The notes beneath the pieces were generated by a model. The model was not told where the DNA came from. It ran no database searches and saw only the letters and a program-made list of their open reading frames with translations. A stretch of DNA of 63,891 bases, the filler included, from Nemertoderma westbladi (taxonomy: Eukaryota > Animalia > Xenacoelomorpha): assembly GCA_032718475.1 (NCBI GenBank). It is 4 parts of 4 records of this genome, joined end to end, with 100 filler letters (N's around TTAATTAATTAA, not from the genome) between each part and the next. Parts side by side here need not be neighbours in the genome. Positions count along the whole stretch, not along the records: positions 1 to 8,415 come from JAUCBJ010001240.1; positions 8,516 to 26,796 come from JAUCBJ010000334.1; 2 more parts are not named here. One strand, written 5' to 3'. Of the stretch, positions 1 to 11,785 are shown piece after piece; position 1 is the stretch's first letter; every line of letters begins with the position of its first letter. Position numbers and translations under genes: made by a program.

Positions 1-667
1 CTTGATTATTTGAAGCGTTTGATTTGAAACAGAAGGTTTCTAATTGAGTATCCTCAGATGTTTCCCTTTCCATTAAGATAGAAATAGTTAACCAAACTTT
101 TATAAAATTAAATTCATTATTAAAATGTTGACTCACTCTTTCCCAAATATTACTTTCATTTTCTCTAAGTGTTAACTCTACATCTAATTGTGGTGTAAGT
201 AACGTGTTTGTATATGTAAATAAGCGGTTGTGGGATGAGCTATTCACGGATGGTAAAAATGGGTTGTTGCTCGAACCTCCAATCTGTTGTCTTGAAGTAG
301 AAGGGCCAACCCTAGGAGATTGAAAGCTTGGTGGTGGCGGTGGTGGTGGTGGTGGTGACAAGGGCGTTTGAGATTGTTTGCGTTTCCGAGAGAAGAGTCG
401 CGTATAGCAATCGTGTTCTTTAAAGGCTGATAGAGTGAATGATTCGCCACACTTGCAAGTGTTTTCTTCGTTGATAAATCTGAACCCAGTCCCACCTTGC
501 GTACATAGCGCTAGATGGCTAACCATAGTTTTCTTATCGGAGGACCAGGTGCCACAACAATCGCATGAATATTGTTTAAAATGAGTTGCGAGATGTTTGT
601 TGAGATGATCGCTGCGCATGTTCTTATTGCAGACAGGACAGTCAACGAATTTTGATGACATAGGCAT
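1..667 (-). CDS. 5' part of a C2H2 zinc-finger protein running off the window edge; probable Maverick/Polinton (adintovirus-like) PolB-associated N-terminus
   Basis: Hand translation from ATG at 667 is open for 222 codons to base 1, so it has no stop and is missing from the ORF track. It reads MPMSSKFVDCPVCNKNMRSDHLNKHLATH..CDCC..H..C..CKC..H.C..RKRK..poly-P..GPSTSRQQIGGSS..HNRLFTY..DVELTL..IKVWLTISILMERE..FCFKSNA. The family call is from remembered motif pattern only. Confidence 0.6.
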   Translation of the reverse strand, partial: MPMSSKFVDCPVCNKNMRSDHLNKHLATHFKQYSCDCCGTWSSDKKTMVSHLALCTQGGTGFRFINEENTCKCGESFTLSAFKEHDCYTRLFSRKRKQSQTPLSPPPPPPPPPSFQSPRVGPSTSRQQIGGSSNNPFLPSVNSSSHNRLFTYTNTLLTPQLDVELTLRENESNIWERVSQHFNNEFNFIKVWLTISILMERETSEDTQLETFCFKSNASNNQ

Positions 668-672
668 GTTTG

Positions 673-797
673 CTATAAAATAAAAAAACTAAATAATAAT
701 AATAAGTTTGGGAAGGTTTCGTGGGGTTGATATTTATTTTGGGGCAATAATATTAAAACTAAACGAATTCATAAAAATACAAATTTATTGTTCTTAC
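673..797 (-). other. Putative 5'-UTR intron of the zinc-finger ORF
   Basis: Minus-strand donor CAG|GTAAGAA at 797 and T-rich acceptor TTTTATAG| ending at 673, 5 nt upstream of the ATG. Confidence 0.5.
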
Positions 798-973
798 CTG
801 CAGATTGATGATGTTTGCAACAATATATTATGTATAACAATAAATGTATTACGTATAACAATCTTGAAGAAAATATAATATTATGTATAACAATAAATGT
901 ATTATAACTTTAAATAAAAAGTGAAGTTGTTAATAATAATTTTGAAAGTAAAGTTCAAAGCGAAGGGTGGGGG

Positions 974-1093
974 TTTATAAGGGAAAGGCTAACCAATGAA
1001 AATAAAAGTGAAGCTTGTGGGAACCAATAGAAATAAAAAAGAGAGAGAGAGACGCGCTATTGGATTGAGGGAATAATAAACACATTTCATTGG
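974..1093 (-). promoter_or_regulatory. Putative Pol II promoter (TATA box plus four CCAAT boxes)
   Basis: TATAAA on the minus strand at ~974-979; CCAAT/ATTGG at 993, 1024, 1059 and 1089, spaced about 30-35 bp apart. Confidence 0.45.
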
Positions 1094-1876
1094 GTTCATT
1101 AAATGTAAAACATTAGTTAGGTTGGGAAATGGGATGAATTGAGAAGCGGGGTGGGTGCGTCGGAGAAACGTGTGTGTAATGAATGAATGGGTATGTTAAT
1201 TAATGTTACGCTAGAGCATCTCTGAAATTACTTCAAACAAAAAAACTGCAGTATCCACTGTAGTAAAGAGATGGTTGGGAATTAATTTGACATGTGGTGT
1301 TTTGGGTATTGCCTTTGTTGCTGAGCTAATGCATGCGTGGACTGCTTCGCAATACAATGCGAAAGAATGCAAACTAATGCCATAGCAGATGTTTATTATA
1401 ATTTTCTTAGTCGAATTGTCATAGGAGGTTTGAATAATTTAAGCTCTATCGCAGGTCCCATTCACGCAGGCCCCATTCACGCATTGATGAATGGGTTAGT
1501 CATACCACATCTAATAAGATCCCAACAGCCGCAGATTATTGAGGGATGACTCAGGGCTAAACTGGGGCCACTTTTTTGTGAAAGGGTATATTTATGTTTT
1601 GGGCCTCGATTGTGTCTTTATATTTAATTCTACCTTTACCTACTGTATGGCAAAAATAATACAAATGTACTGTATATTGTATTGCACAGTGTCTATTGTA
1701 TTGTATATTTCGTTTGTTATAGTACAATTTATTCATCTCGCGTCCCCCTATCTGATTGATTTGTATCAAATTAAATTGCCTTTGGCAACATTATTTGATA
1801 CAAATCGATTGATTAAACAATTAATTAATTGTTTAATCGACCAATTAATTAATTGGTTAATTAATTAATGATCTAC

Positions 1877-2875
1877 TTAACACCCAAGGTGTGAAGTGGG
1901 TCTAACTGTCGCCGAGGGTGGCATACTATTACTACTGATGAGCTTTAAACACTCAGGTATTTTAAAGACCTCAGGGGGAACACCATCTACTCCACTGGCA
2001 CGATTGGTCTTAATGCTCTTTGCAGCAGCCTTCACTTCTGCAAAGGAGATATCACCAAGGGGAATATCTGGGAGTACAGACTCAGACACTTTTACTTCTA
2101 TAAAGTTATCAGGCAATACCCTGTCATTATTGAGGAGCTTTTCAAAGTGGGCCTTCCAACCATTGAGGCGATCGGCTGGTGATTCAGCCTTAACCTTGGT
2201 GGTTGGTTGGCTTTTTCGACCAGCAAGCAGATTGATCGATTTCCATGCCTGGGATGATTGCCTGCTGTCGTCGGCATCATTGATGGCATCAACCTGTTGG
2301 TTTATTAGCTCCTGTAAATTAACCGAGTACTGCCTGTTCAGGGACCTAGATGCAGCCTTAACTGCATTCTTGGCCGCTGTAGTCTGTTTGAGTCGGGACT
2401 CTTTCTGCGCCTTGTAGAGGTCATTTCGGCACTTCTGAATTTTGTTGTCAGTCCAGGGGGCCCGTTTTCTGTTTCGAGGGTATACAGGAACTGTTTCTGC
2501 AGCTGCTAACTTAACTGCCTCTGTGAAGGCAGTATAGCCCTCACAGTGATCTGCCGCCTCAGAGGCAAGAGCCTCATACCTGTTGCTCAGCTGTAGTGTG
2601 AAGCTGGATCTCACACTTGGCTGTTGCAACAGAGAGGACCAGTCATGCCGCGGCAAGGCAGATTTCGTTGTTCTGCTAGCACGCAGACTAAGTCTTACCT
2701 TGGCCACAATAAGGCGGTGATCGCTGGAGAAGGGTCGTAGTGTAAATGCATTACAGTCTTGTATAGAGCTCCTGTATTTCCTACGAAACAGGATATGGTC
2801 TATCTGGGACTTGTGACCACTGGGTCCACAATGAGTCCATAGCTTTCCAGTTCGCAATCCTCTACAACTTTGCAT
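1877..2875 (-). mobile_element. Non-LTR retrotransposon fragment (RTE-like): end of AP endonuclease plus linker to RT
   Basis: WTH..QIDHILF..SDHRL endonuclease motifs and KTNRASGVDGVPPEVFK pre-RT motif; truncated at both ends. Confidence 0.85.
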
Positions 2876-3287
2876 TCAAGCTTGGAGCGTTCGTTGACAG
2901 AAAGTCAAAGGAATTTTATAAACACCAAGTACCGGAAAACATTGCGCCGTTTACTATTTCTCTAAAATTATGCCAGTAACTCTACCATTCTTTCCTTATT
3001 TGACACGAATGAATTAGATGTGGAAGCTTTCCGATCAGCAGCGCGTCTACTAATTCGTGCTAATAAATGTCCTAATCAAACGATACAAAAAGCTCTCAAA
3101 AGCAATCTGCTGCTGAACGATGTAACCCGCAATTATAAGGGCTTAGGTTTTACTTTTTGGAAATGTCTCAGAGAATTCCCGTGCCCCACTTTAAAATCCA
3201 TGGTTTATTATGAATGTAACCATCAATCATCCGTTATTTGCGTCGACTTTCCGTGGTAGACTTTTGATTGCGTGTAAAGATCATAAT

Positions 3288-6200
3288 AGTGGTGGTGCAG
3301 AATAATGGCTCTAAAACTTACCTTTCTATTAGTGGTGGTGTAGAATAATGGCTCTAAAACTTACCTTTCTATTAGTGGTGGTGTAGAATAATGGCTCTAA
3401 AACTTACCTTTCTATTAGTGGTGGTGTAGAATAATGGCTCTAAAACTTACCTTTCTATTAGTGGTGGTGTAGAATAATGGCTCTAAAACTTACCTTTCTA
3501 TTAGTGGCGGTGTAGAATAATGGCTCTAAAACTTACCTTTCTATTAGTGGTGGTGTAGAATAATGGCTCTAAAACTTACCTTTCTTTTAGTGGTGGTGTA
3601 GAATAATGGCTCTAAAACTTACCTTTCTTTTAGTGGTGGTGTAGAATAATGGCTCTAAAACTTACCTTTCTATTAGTGGTGGTGTAGAATAATGGCTCTA
3701 AAACTTACCTTTCTTTTAGTGGTGGTGTAGAATAATGGCTCTAAAACTTACCTTTCTATTAGTGGTGGTGTCGAATAATGGCTCTAAAACTTACCTTTCT
3801 ATTAGTGGCGGTGTAGAATAATGGCTCTAAAACTTACCTTTCTATTAGTGGTGGTGTAGAATAATGGCTCTAAAACTTACCTTTCTATTAGGGGGTGGTG
3901 TAGAATAATGGCTCTAAAACTTACCTTTCTATTAGGGGTGGTGTAGAATAATGGCTCTAAAACTTACCTTTCTATTAGGGGTGGTGTAGAATAATGGCTC
4001 TAAAACTTACCTTTCTATTAGGGGTGGTGTAGAATAATGGCTCTAAAACTTACCTTTCTATTAGGGGTGGTGTAGAATAATGGCTCTAAAACTTACCTTT
4101 CTATTAGTGGTGGCGGTGTAGAATAATGGCTCTAAAACTTACCTTTCTATTAGGGGTGGTGTAGAATAATGGCTCTAAAACTTACCTTTCTATTAGTGGT
4201 GGTGTAGAATAATGGCTCTAAAACTTACCTTTCTATTAGTGGTGGCGGTGTAGAATAATGGCTCTAAAACTTACCTTTCTATTAGGGGTGGTGTAGAATA
4301 ATGGCTCTAAAACTTACCTTTCTATTAGTGCTGGTGTAGAATAACGGCTCTAAAACTTACCTTTCTATTAGTGGCGGTGTAGAATAATGGCTCTAAAACT
4401 TACCTTTCTATTAGTGGTGGCGGTGTAGAATAATGGCTCTAAAACTTACCTTTCTATTAGGGGTGGTGTAGAATAATGGCTCTAAAACTTACCTTTCTAT
4501 TAGTGGCGGTGTAGAATAATGGCTCTAAAACTTACCTTTCTATTAGTGGTGGTGTAGAATAATGGCTCTAAAACTTACCTTTCTATTAGTGGTGGCGGTG
4601 TAGAATAATGGCTCTAAAACTTACCTTTCTATTAGGGGTGGTGTAGAATAATGGCTCTAAAACTTACCTTTCTATTAGTGGTGGTGTAGAATAATGGCTC
4701 TAAAACTTACCTTTCTATTAGTGGTGGCGGTGTAGAATAATGGCTCTAAAACTTACCTTTCTATTAGGGGTGGTGTAGAATAATGGCTCTAAAACTTACC
4801 TTTCTATTAGTGGCGGTGTAGAATAATGGCTCTAAAACTTACCTTTCTATTATCGGTGGTGTAGAATAATGGCTCTAAAACTTACCTTTGTATTAGTGGT
4901 GGCGGTGTAGAATAATGGCTCTAAAACTTACCTTTCTATTAGGGGTGGTGTAGAATAATGGCTCTAAAACTTACCTTTCTATTAGTGGTGGTGTAGAATA
5001 ATGGCTCTAAAACTTACCTTTCTATTATCGGTGGTGTAGAATAATGGCTCTAAAACTTACCTTTGTATTAGTGGTGGCGGTGTAGAATAATGGCTCTAAA
5101 ACTTACCTTTCTATTAGGGGTGGTGTAGAATAATGGCTCTAAAACTTACCTTTCTATTAGTGCTGGTGTAGAATAACGGCTCTAAAACTTACCTTTCTAT
5201 TAGTGGCGGTGTAGAATAATGGCTCTAAAACTTACCTTTCTATTAGTGGTGGCGGTGTAGAATAATGGCTCTAAAACTTATAGTGGTGGCGGTGTAGAAT
5301 AATGGCTCTAAAACTTACCTTTCTATTAGGGGTGGTGTAGAATAATGGCTCTAAAACTTACCTTTCTATTAGTGGTGGTGTAGAATAATGGCTCTAAAAC
5401 TTACCTTTCTATTAGTGGTGGCGGTGTAGAATAATGGCTCTAAAACTTACCTTTCTATTAGGGGTGGTGTAGAATAATGGCTCTAAAACTTACCTTTCTA
5501 TTAGTGGCGGTGTAGAATAATGCCTCTAAAACTTACCTTTCTATTATCGGTGGTGTAGAATAATGGCTCTAAAACTTACCTTTGTATTAGTGGTGGCGGT
5601 GTAGAATAATGGCTCTAAAACTTACCTTTCTATTAGGGGTGGTGTAGAATAATGGCTCTAAAACTTACCTTTCTATTAGTGGTGGTGTAGAATAATGGCT
5701 CTAAAACTTACCTTTCTATTATCGGTGGTGTAGAATAATGGCTCTAAAACTTACCTTTGTATTAGTGGTGGCGGTGTAGAATAATGGCTCTAAAACTTAC
5801 CTTTCTATTAGTGGCGGTGTAGAATAATGGCTCTAAAACTTACCTTTCTATTATCGGTGGTGTAGAATAATGGCTCTAAAACTTACCTTTGTATTAGTGG
5901 TGGCGGTGTAGAATAATGGCTCTAAAACTTACCTTTCTATTAGGGGTGGTGTAGAATAATGGCTCTAAAACTTACCTTTCTATTAGTGGTGGTGTAGAAT
6001 AATGGCTCTAAAACTTACCTTTCTATTAGGGGTGGTGTAGAATAATGGCTCTAAAACTTACCTTTGTATTAGTGGTGGCGGTGTAGAATAATGGCTCTAA
6101 AACTTACCTTTCTATTAGGGGTGGTGTAGAATAATGGCTCTAAAACTTACCTTTCTATTAGTGGTGATGTAGAATAATGGCTCTAAAACTTACCTTTCTA

Positions 6201-6635
6201 TTAGTGGTGGTGTAGAATAATGGCTCTAAAACTTACCTTTCTATTAGGGGTGGTGTAGAATAATGGCTCTAAAACTTACCTTTCTATTAGTGGTGGTGTA
6301 GAATAATGGCTCTAAAACTTACCTTTCTATTATCGGTGGTGTAGAATAATGGCTCTAAAACTTACCTTTCTATTAGTGGTGGCGGTGTAGAATAATGGCT
6401 CTAAAACTTACCTTTCTATTAGGGGTGGTGTAGAATAATGGCTCTAAAACTTACCTTTCTATTAGTGGTGGTGTAGAATAATGGCTCTAAAACTTACCTT
6501 TCTATTAGTGGTGGTGTAGAATAATGGCTCTAAAACTTACCTTTGTATTAGTGGTGGTGTAGAATAATGGCTCTAAAACTTACCTTTGTATTAGTGGTGG
6601 TGTAGAATAATGGCTCTAAAACTTACCTTTCTATT
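3288..6635. repeat. Tandem satellite, 43-bp unit (46-bp variants), roughly 75 copies
   Basis: Unit AGTGGTGGTGTAGAATAATGGCTCTAAAACTTACCTTTCTATT; first two copies at 3288 and 3331; variation concentrated in the G-rich segment. Confidence 0.97.
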
Positions 6636-6979
6636 TTAGTAAGTAAAGAAAGTTAGAAAGTAAAGAAAATAATGTCGCCCTCGATATATAAAATTATTTT
6701 ATTTTTCATACTCCTTTAATAAAAGTTGCACAGAGGTAAAATAACAATACAATAAAGGCACATTGTGGCAGTACCGCAGTGGAAGAGTTGTAACATTGTC
6801 GTACTTTATGCATCGGTCAACCAATAAATACAACTAATGTTGAAACACACTTTGTGATTGGTTCATCTTCGACTGGCCTCCCCCTCTTGGCTGTGATTGG
6901 TTCAATTAGGATCTCCCTCCTCCACTTTCGTATTTATTGGCCCTTTCAAGATCTCTCCGGATCATGCCAACCAATACTA

Positions 6980-7441
6980 TTAACTTTTAGAAGCAACTGA
7001 CTGAGCAGCCTGTTTCTTCGACTTGACCATTTCGACTAGGTCCTTGTATCGTCTCATCACCTCTTTCTTAGTCCTCCGCGGCAGACACTCGGCTATCTTA
7101 TCCCACCTCCTGTCGACCCCTTGCGGGTAGGTTCGCATTGCCTGCTCCAGGAGTTTCTGTTCCTCCACGGTCCAGTAGGAGACGGCGTCCGGCACCCGAG
7201 CCGTCGGGTCAGACGGCGCCGATCCCGACGAGTCCAGTTTGTCCTCGTACTTCTGGAAGGCCTTCTGGTTGGCCTCCTCCCGCAGTTCCGCAGACGACTG
7301 CTGCAACTGTTTGGCCTTCGAGATGCACTGCTTGGCGGAGAGACGCGGGGTGTCTGCGGTATCGGGAGGGGCGTGGTCGTTGATGTAGTTCGCTACCACC
7401 TCCCACCGCTGCTGGTAACCGGCTGGGAAGAGGTTCACAGC
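6980..7441 (-). CDS. DNAJC2: Terminal coding exon of DnaJ homolog subfamily C member 2 (MPP11/zuotin), SANT1-SANT2 domains
   Basis: Acceptor CCGTTAG| at 7442, then phase-0 AVNLFPAG..RWEVVANYIN..WTVEEQKLLEQAMRTYP..RWDKIAECLPRRTKKEVMRRYKDLVEMVKSKK and TAA at 6980. AATAAA on the minus strand at ~6933-6938 and ~6698-6703. Upstream exons not recognised in this window. Confidence 0.92.
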   Translation of the reverse strand, partial: AVNLFPAGYQQRWEVVANYINDHAPPDTADTPRLSAKQCISKAKQLQQSSAELREEANQKAFQKYEDKLDSSGSAPSDPTARVPDAVSYWTVEEQKLLEQAMRTYPQGVDRRWDKIAECLPRRTKKEVMRRYKDLVEMVKSKKQAAQSVASKS

Positions 7442-7679
7442 CTAACGGAGATATAAACATAAGCAAATAAAGTTTCAGCACTCGGTTCTGTTTTAATCGC
7501 GATACACTCGGCTTTAGTAATTTTACTTTAGGGAGGGGGGGGGGGGGTTCCGGCAGCGCATTTTCTGACCAAAAAGTCGAATAGTGGTGCCAATTTGATG
7601 TCTCCACGAGAAAGAGCACAAATTTTAATTGAGAAGGGTATATTTTTATTATTATTGATAATAATCAATAATAATCAAT

Positions 7680-8050
7680 CGCGCAGCACGTGAACAAATT
7701 TCATTTTGGCGTATTGATTTGATCGCATACTATTTCGTCATTTAGTAATAAATAGTCATGGAATAATGAGGCAACCTTAACAAACTTTCAAAATTATATA
7801 AAAATTTCCATATACTTTTATAATAAGCCTTTACACAGAACATTAAGCTTTGCGCAGCACGTGAAACCTTTGCGCATCACGTGAGACATTTTCGCGCAGC
7901 ACGTGAATGTTTCACGTAGCACTTAAAGTCTTCACACAGCACGTTAATTAATCGAGAAGCTCGGAAAGCCTTGTTGATCAGAATGAGAAGCCTTCACGCG
8001 GTACATGAAATGATCATGCAGCTCATGAAGACTTCGCGCAGCACGTTAAT
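7680..8050. repeat. Dispersed short repeats GCGCAGCACGTGAA, probably transposon subterminal repeats, within the DNAJC2 intron
   Basis: About 8-9 degenerate copies of (C)GCAGCACGTG/TAA. Confidence 0.55.
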
Positions 8051-8415
8051 TATTCTCAGAGCCTGTGGAATTTAAAACAAAATAAGTTTATAGTTGTTCC
8101 CCAGAATTATTATTACCCGCTATTGCTATATGATGGTTCACATTTGTTATTACTAGTAGACAACTAGTCCATTAGACAACTGTTGATTATGTAATACAAA
8201 ACTCACAAATGTCTATTAAATATATATTAATTTAAATTTGACGGACACGTTGACAGACAGACAGACATACAAACAGACAGACAAACTGAGGGACAGACTG
8301 ACATACAGACCTAGTGATTAGATAATTCCAAACATGAAAATAGACATCAACATTAAGACAAATCACAACAGCAAACATTTCAGATTGCTTATTTTATGAT
8401 CTTTTTAATATTTCG

Positions 8416-8515
8416 NNNNNNNNNNNNNNNNNNNNNNNNNNNNNNNNNNNNNNNNNNNNTTAATTAATTAANNNNNNNNNNNNNNNNNNNNNNNNNNNNN
8501 NNNNNNNNNNNNNNN
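8416..8515. other. Artificial contig spacer
   Basis: 44 N + TTAATTAATTAA (stop codons in all six frames) + 44 N. Confidence 0.99.
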
Positions 8516-10080
8516 TTGAAGTTGTCTTGCCTCTCTTGAAGATTTTCCAACGCTAGTTGGGTTGCCTCTTCAGATGCCCTCCGTTCTGCTTCTGCCACTG
8601 CCTCTGCTGTTTTTCTTTCGGCTTCTGCCGCTGCCAGTGCTGCTGCCGCTTTCCTTTCCGCTTCGGCCTCTGCCACTGCCACTGCTGCTGCTGCTTTCCT
8701 TTCCGCTTCGGCCTCTGCCACTGCCACTGCTGCTGCTGCTTTCCTTTCCGCTTCGGCCTCTGCCACTGCCACTACTGCTGCTGCTTTCCTTTCCGCTTCG
8801 GCCTCTGCCACTGCTGCCTTTCTTTCCGCTTCTGCCTCTGCCACTGCTGTTGCTGCCTTTCTTTCCGCTTCTGCCTCTGCCACTGCTGCTGCCACTGCCA
8901 CTGCCTTTCTATCTTCTATACGTTTTTTCTTTACTTGTTCTTCTTGGTCTCTAGCGATGCGGAGTAGTTCATCGAATTTAGCTTGATTCGCAGCTAACCT
9001 ATCCACATCAATTGCATCCAACACACGCTGGGCTCCTTCACTATTAGGGCTAAGCCCATCTAGTCTTCTCCTCAACTCTTCATCACCTACGAAACGCTGA
9101 TAGTCTGACAGATAGATGTCAATGGCATCCCTCTTATGCGGTTTCTCTGCCGTCGCTTCACTTTCCACTTGGGAAAAAGTAGCGTCTGTTGATTCTCCAT
9201 GGGTTGAGCGCTCCTCCAACTGAGCCTTCCACTGAGCTGCTCCCTGAACCTGGCGACTCACCCGTTGAAACCAAGTCTTTACGGCAACTTGCAACGACGT
9301 GTCTTGTTTTCTTTTAGAAGCCTCCTCAAAGGCGGATAAGATTAGCCTAATCCGCAGAACTCTTTCTCTAACTTGATAAAGCAGCGATCCCTGCTCTTGA
9401 GGTCCTTGAGGTTGTTGAAAAAGTTGCTTTTCTATTCGCTCCATAGAGCTGAAGAATCCCTGTGCGTATCCGGCTGCGGACCTCTTCCACACAGCTGGAT
9501 CGATGGTTTCCTTGGCTACTCCCATCCTGTGTATGTCTTCCCAGGCAGCTTCTGATAAATCAAACGGGAGTCCGGGTCCGGGGAAGTTCCATTGCGACTC
9601 GACAATAGACTTCAGTTCTTCACTAGTGTAGCCCGCGTAGCTATCTCTAGTTGACCGTTGACTTCTCGCCCAATCGATCTGGTGTTCTTCCACCGCGATC
9701 AATAACCCAGCGAGCACGGCTGCAGGAAGGATGAGAAGGGGATCCGTATAAACCGCATCCGTCATCTCTGCTCCGCTCTCGGGTGTCAGCTCTACAGTAT
9801 CCTCACTACCGGAGCTGCTGGGCCGCTGAGTAATAAGTTCTTGACTAGCGGGTTGTTGCTGTTCCGCTGCTTGTTGGTCCCGCTTGACCTGAGCTCGAGT
9901 GCCTATGATAGACCTACGATGTTGAACTAGCCTAGGTTCTGTTATTACTACTGGAGGGATGACCTTCCTCACAGTGGGAGGTGAACTGGATTTACGACCA
10001 GACGTTTGTACGTCTCTATCTGAGTCGCAGATAGTTACATCTAATAAACTGTCTGACAGGTTCTGCTTAGTATCAGACAT
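8516..10080 (-). CDS. 5' part of a large ORF with a coiled-coil AEAEAERKAAA repeat, truncated by the gap; probable retroelement gag/polyprotein N-terminus
   Basis: More than 520 uninterrupted intronless codons from ATG 10080; ~45-bp tandem coding repeat at ~8570-8905; lies downstream of a leader repeated elsewhere in the window. No diagnostic domain visible. Confidence 0.7.
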
Positions 10081-11498
10081 GACTATGTATACCGTTGAAT
10101 GTCTACTGCTGTATTACAGTCTGAGTAAGTCTAGTAACTCAGTATTACCTGCTAGCCTAGTAATTAATTACCGGTGCTGCTACTCAGTGTAGCGTGATAT
10201 ATATATAATATATTAGAATACCGGTATACTCATAGTATATATAACTATATAAGTATTATTACAGACTAGGTTTATCACAGAATACCGGTATAATTTTAGC
10301 ACAAATATATATAAATATATAATAGGCCTATCGGAATACCGGTATACAGCTTACAGTTTGTAGGATATATAATTCTGAAATAGAATTAATTACAAGTACC
10401 GGTATAATTTCAGCCTAGATTTATAGAAATAAAGATAATAGGCCTATCGTAAATACCGGTATATCAATTATTTCAAATAATTGAATTTCTGTTACTTTAG
10501 GGTTACTTGGTTACTTTACTTACTTTATTACCGTTATTTGAGCAGTAATCCAACTGATATTGAGGCCTAATGGTTGTATGGTAGGCCTACGATTTATAAA
10601 TCGTTAGATTTGATTTATAATATATATATACCCGTTTTAATGGGTTTTGTCAATGTTTGAAATAAATGTTATTATTTCTGGGGAGTAATCACTACACAAA
10701 GCGGTGCGCTTTTAGTGAAGTGTTACGTATAGGACACTAAAACAAATAATTCTAATTTACCTAAGTTACTTAATACTACAAATTACGTACAATTCGGGTG
10801 AGATTACAATCTCTAAATAAACACAAAAATTTTACAAAAACACAAATACGAATTTTTAGGGTAATTTTACAAGAAGTCTACAAACCAGCCTAACAAAGGG
10901 TTAGAAAACTGATTATTACAGCGGACAGGGTACTACGGTATTGGAAATAATAAGTAGTAGTAAATACACTGCGTTGTCTAGATAGGAAAATACCACCGCC
11001 TGACGACCTATAGCCGTATCGCTATAGGTTCTACGTTATGTATCACGGAGTGTTCCTACCTAGAAGTTAATAGAGCTAATCGAATGTGCCTATCAACCAC
11101 TTTACAACACAAATATAATGCCTACAATAATTACTTCGGAAAGTACTATACACTAAACCCTAAATTAGGTACGAGTACTTGTATAACAAATAATCAGTAG
11201 TTAAATATACTTGAACAGCTAAAAGAACCACGGCATCTGCTGGAGTGACCGATGCACAAAATCACCAGTCTTTACCTACGCCGAGCAGCCCGTGTAGTAC
11301 CGGGGTTAATTTAACTATAACGGTATGTATAACAAACACAATTACTGTAGGAACAAACTTGGGGAATGAATGTTGCGGATAATCGCATAAACTCTGAATA
11401 ATAAATATTACGCTACGCGTACAAACTACTCAAACAAAATACAGACCGAACACTGACAGACTACTATCAAGCCTAAACAAACTACGGTATATGCAGAC

Positions 11499-11609
11499 TC
11501 CGAAATGATTAGGGAGTATGCGCTCTAACCCAGTAGTGCGACTTATTCTTTAGTCGGGGGTTTACCTTACAGCTTCGCTGCCCCTACTGCCTAATCGTAC
11601 TTAATCGGA
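11499..11609 (-). ncRNA. Structured RNA motif, copy A1
   Basis: Helices UCCGA/UCGGA, GAUUAGG/CCUAAUC, AGUA/UACU, GGGG/CCCC, CAGC/GCUG, CGC-A-CUA/UAG-A-GCG; covaries with the other three copies. Confidence 0.6.
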
Positions 11610-11785
11610 CAGATGATCTACACACGCAGCAATCCGTTCAGACCTAATAACAGCCAGACAACTATCCAGCCTACAAATTATCTAAATAAAATTATACGCT
11701 ACCCGTACAGACTTACACAAACAAAGTACAGACTAAACGATGGCCGACTACTCTCAAGCCTAAATAAATTACAGGACATGCAGAC

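Noticed and set aside
244-495. 83-aa poly-His ORF
   Set aside because: Alternative frame of the poly-Pro stretch of the longer zinc-finger ORF at 1-667.
3288-6635. CRISPR-like array (constant repeat with a variable segment)
   Set aside because: There are no unique spacers; the variable part is a few recurrent point or 3-bp variants. No cas genes, and the context is eukaryotic.
7121-7619. Additional overlapping ORFs around the DNAJC2 exon
   Set aside because: Shadow frames of a GC-rich coding exon.
8416-8515. TTAATTAATTAA motif recurring three times between N runs
   Set aside because: Artificial all-frame-stop linker used to join contigs; not biological.
8557-8967. Cys-rich metallothionein-like and Leu/Pro-rich ORFs
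   Set aside because: Antisense shadows of the Ala/Glu repeat in the 8516-10080 ORF.
11499-11609. Assignment of the RNA motif to hammerhead, HDV, twister, pistol or hairpin ribozymes, or to tRNA
   Set aside because: Required cores (CUGANGA/GAAA, nested HDV pseudoknot, cloverleaf with T-loop) were not found by eye, so it is left unclassified.
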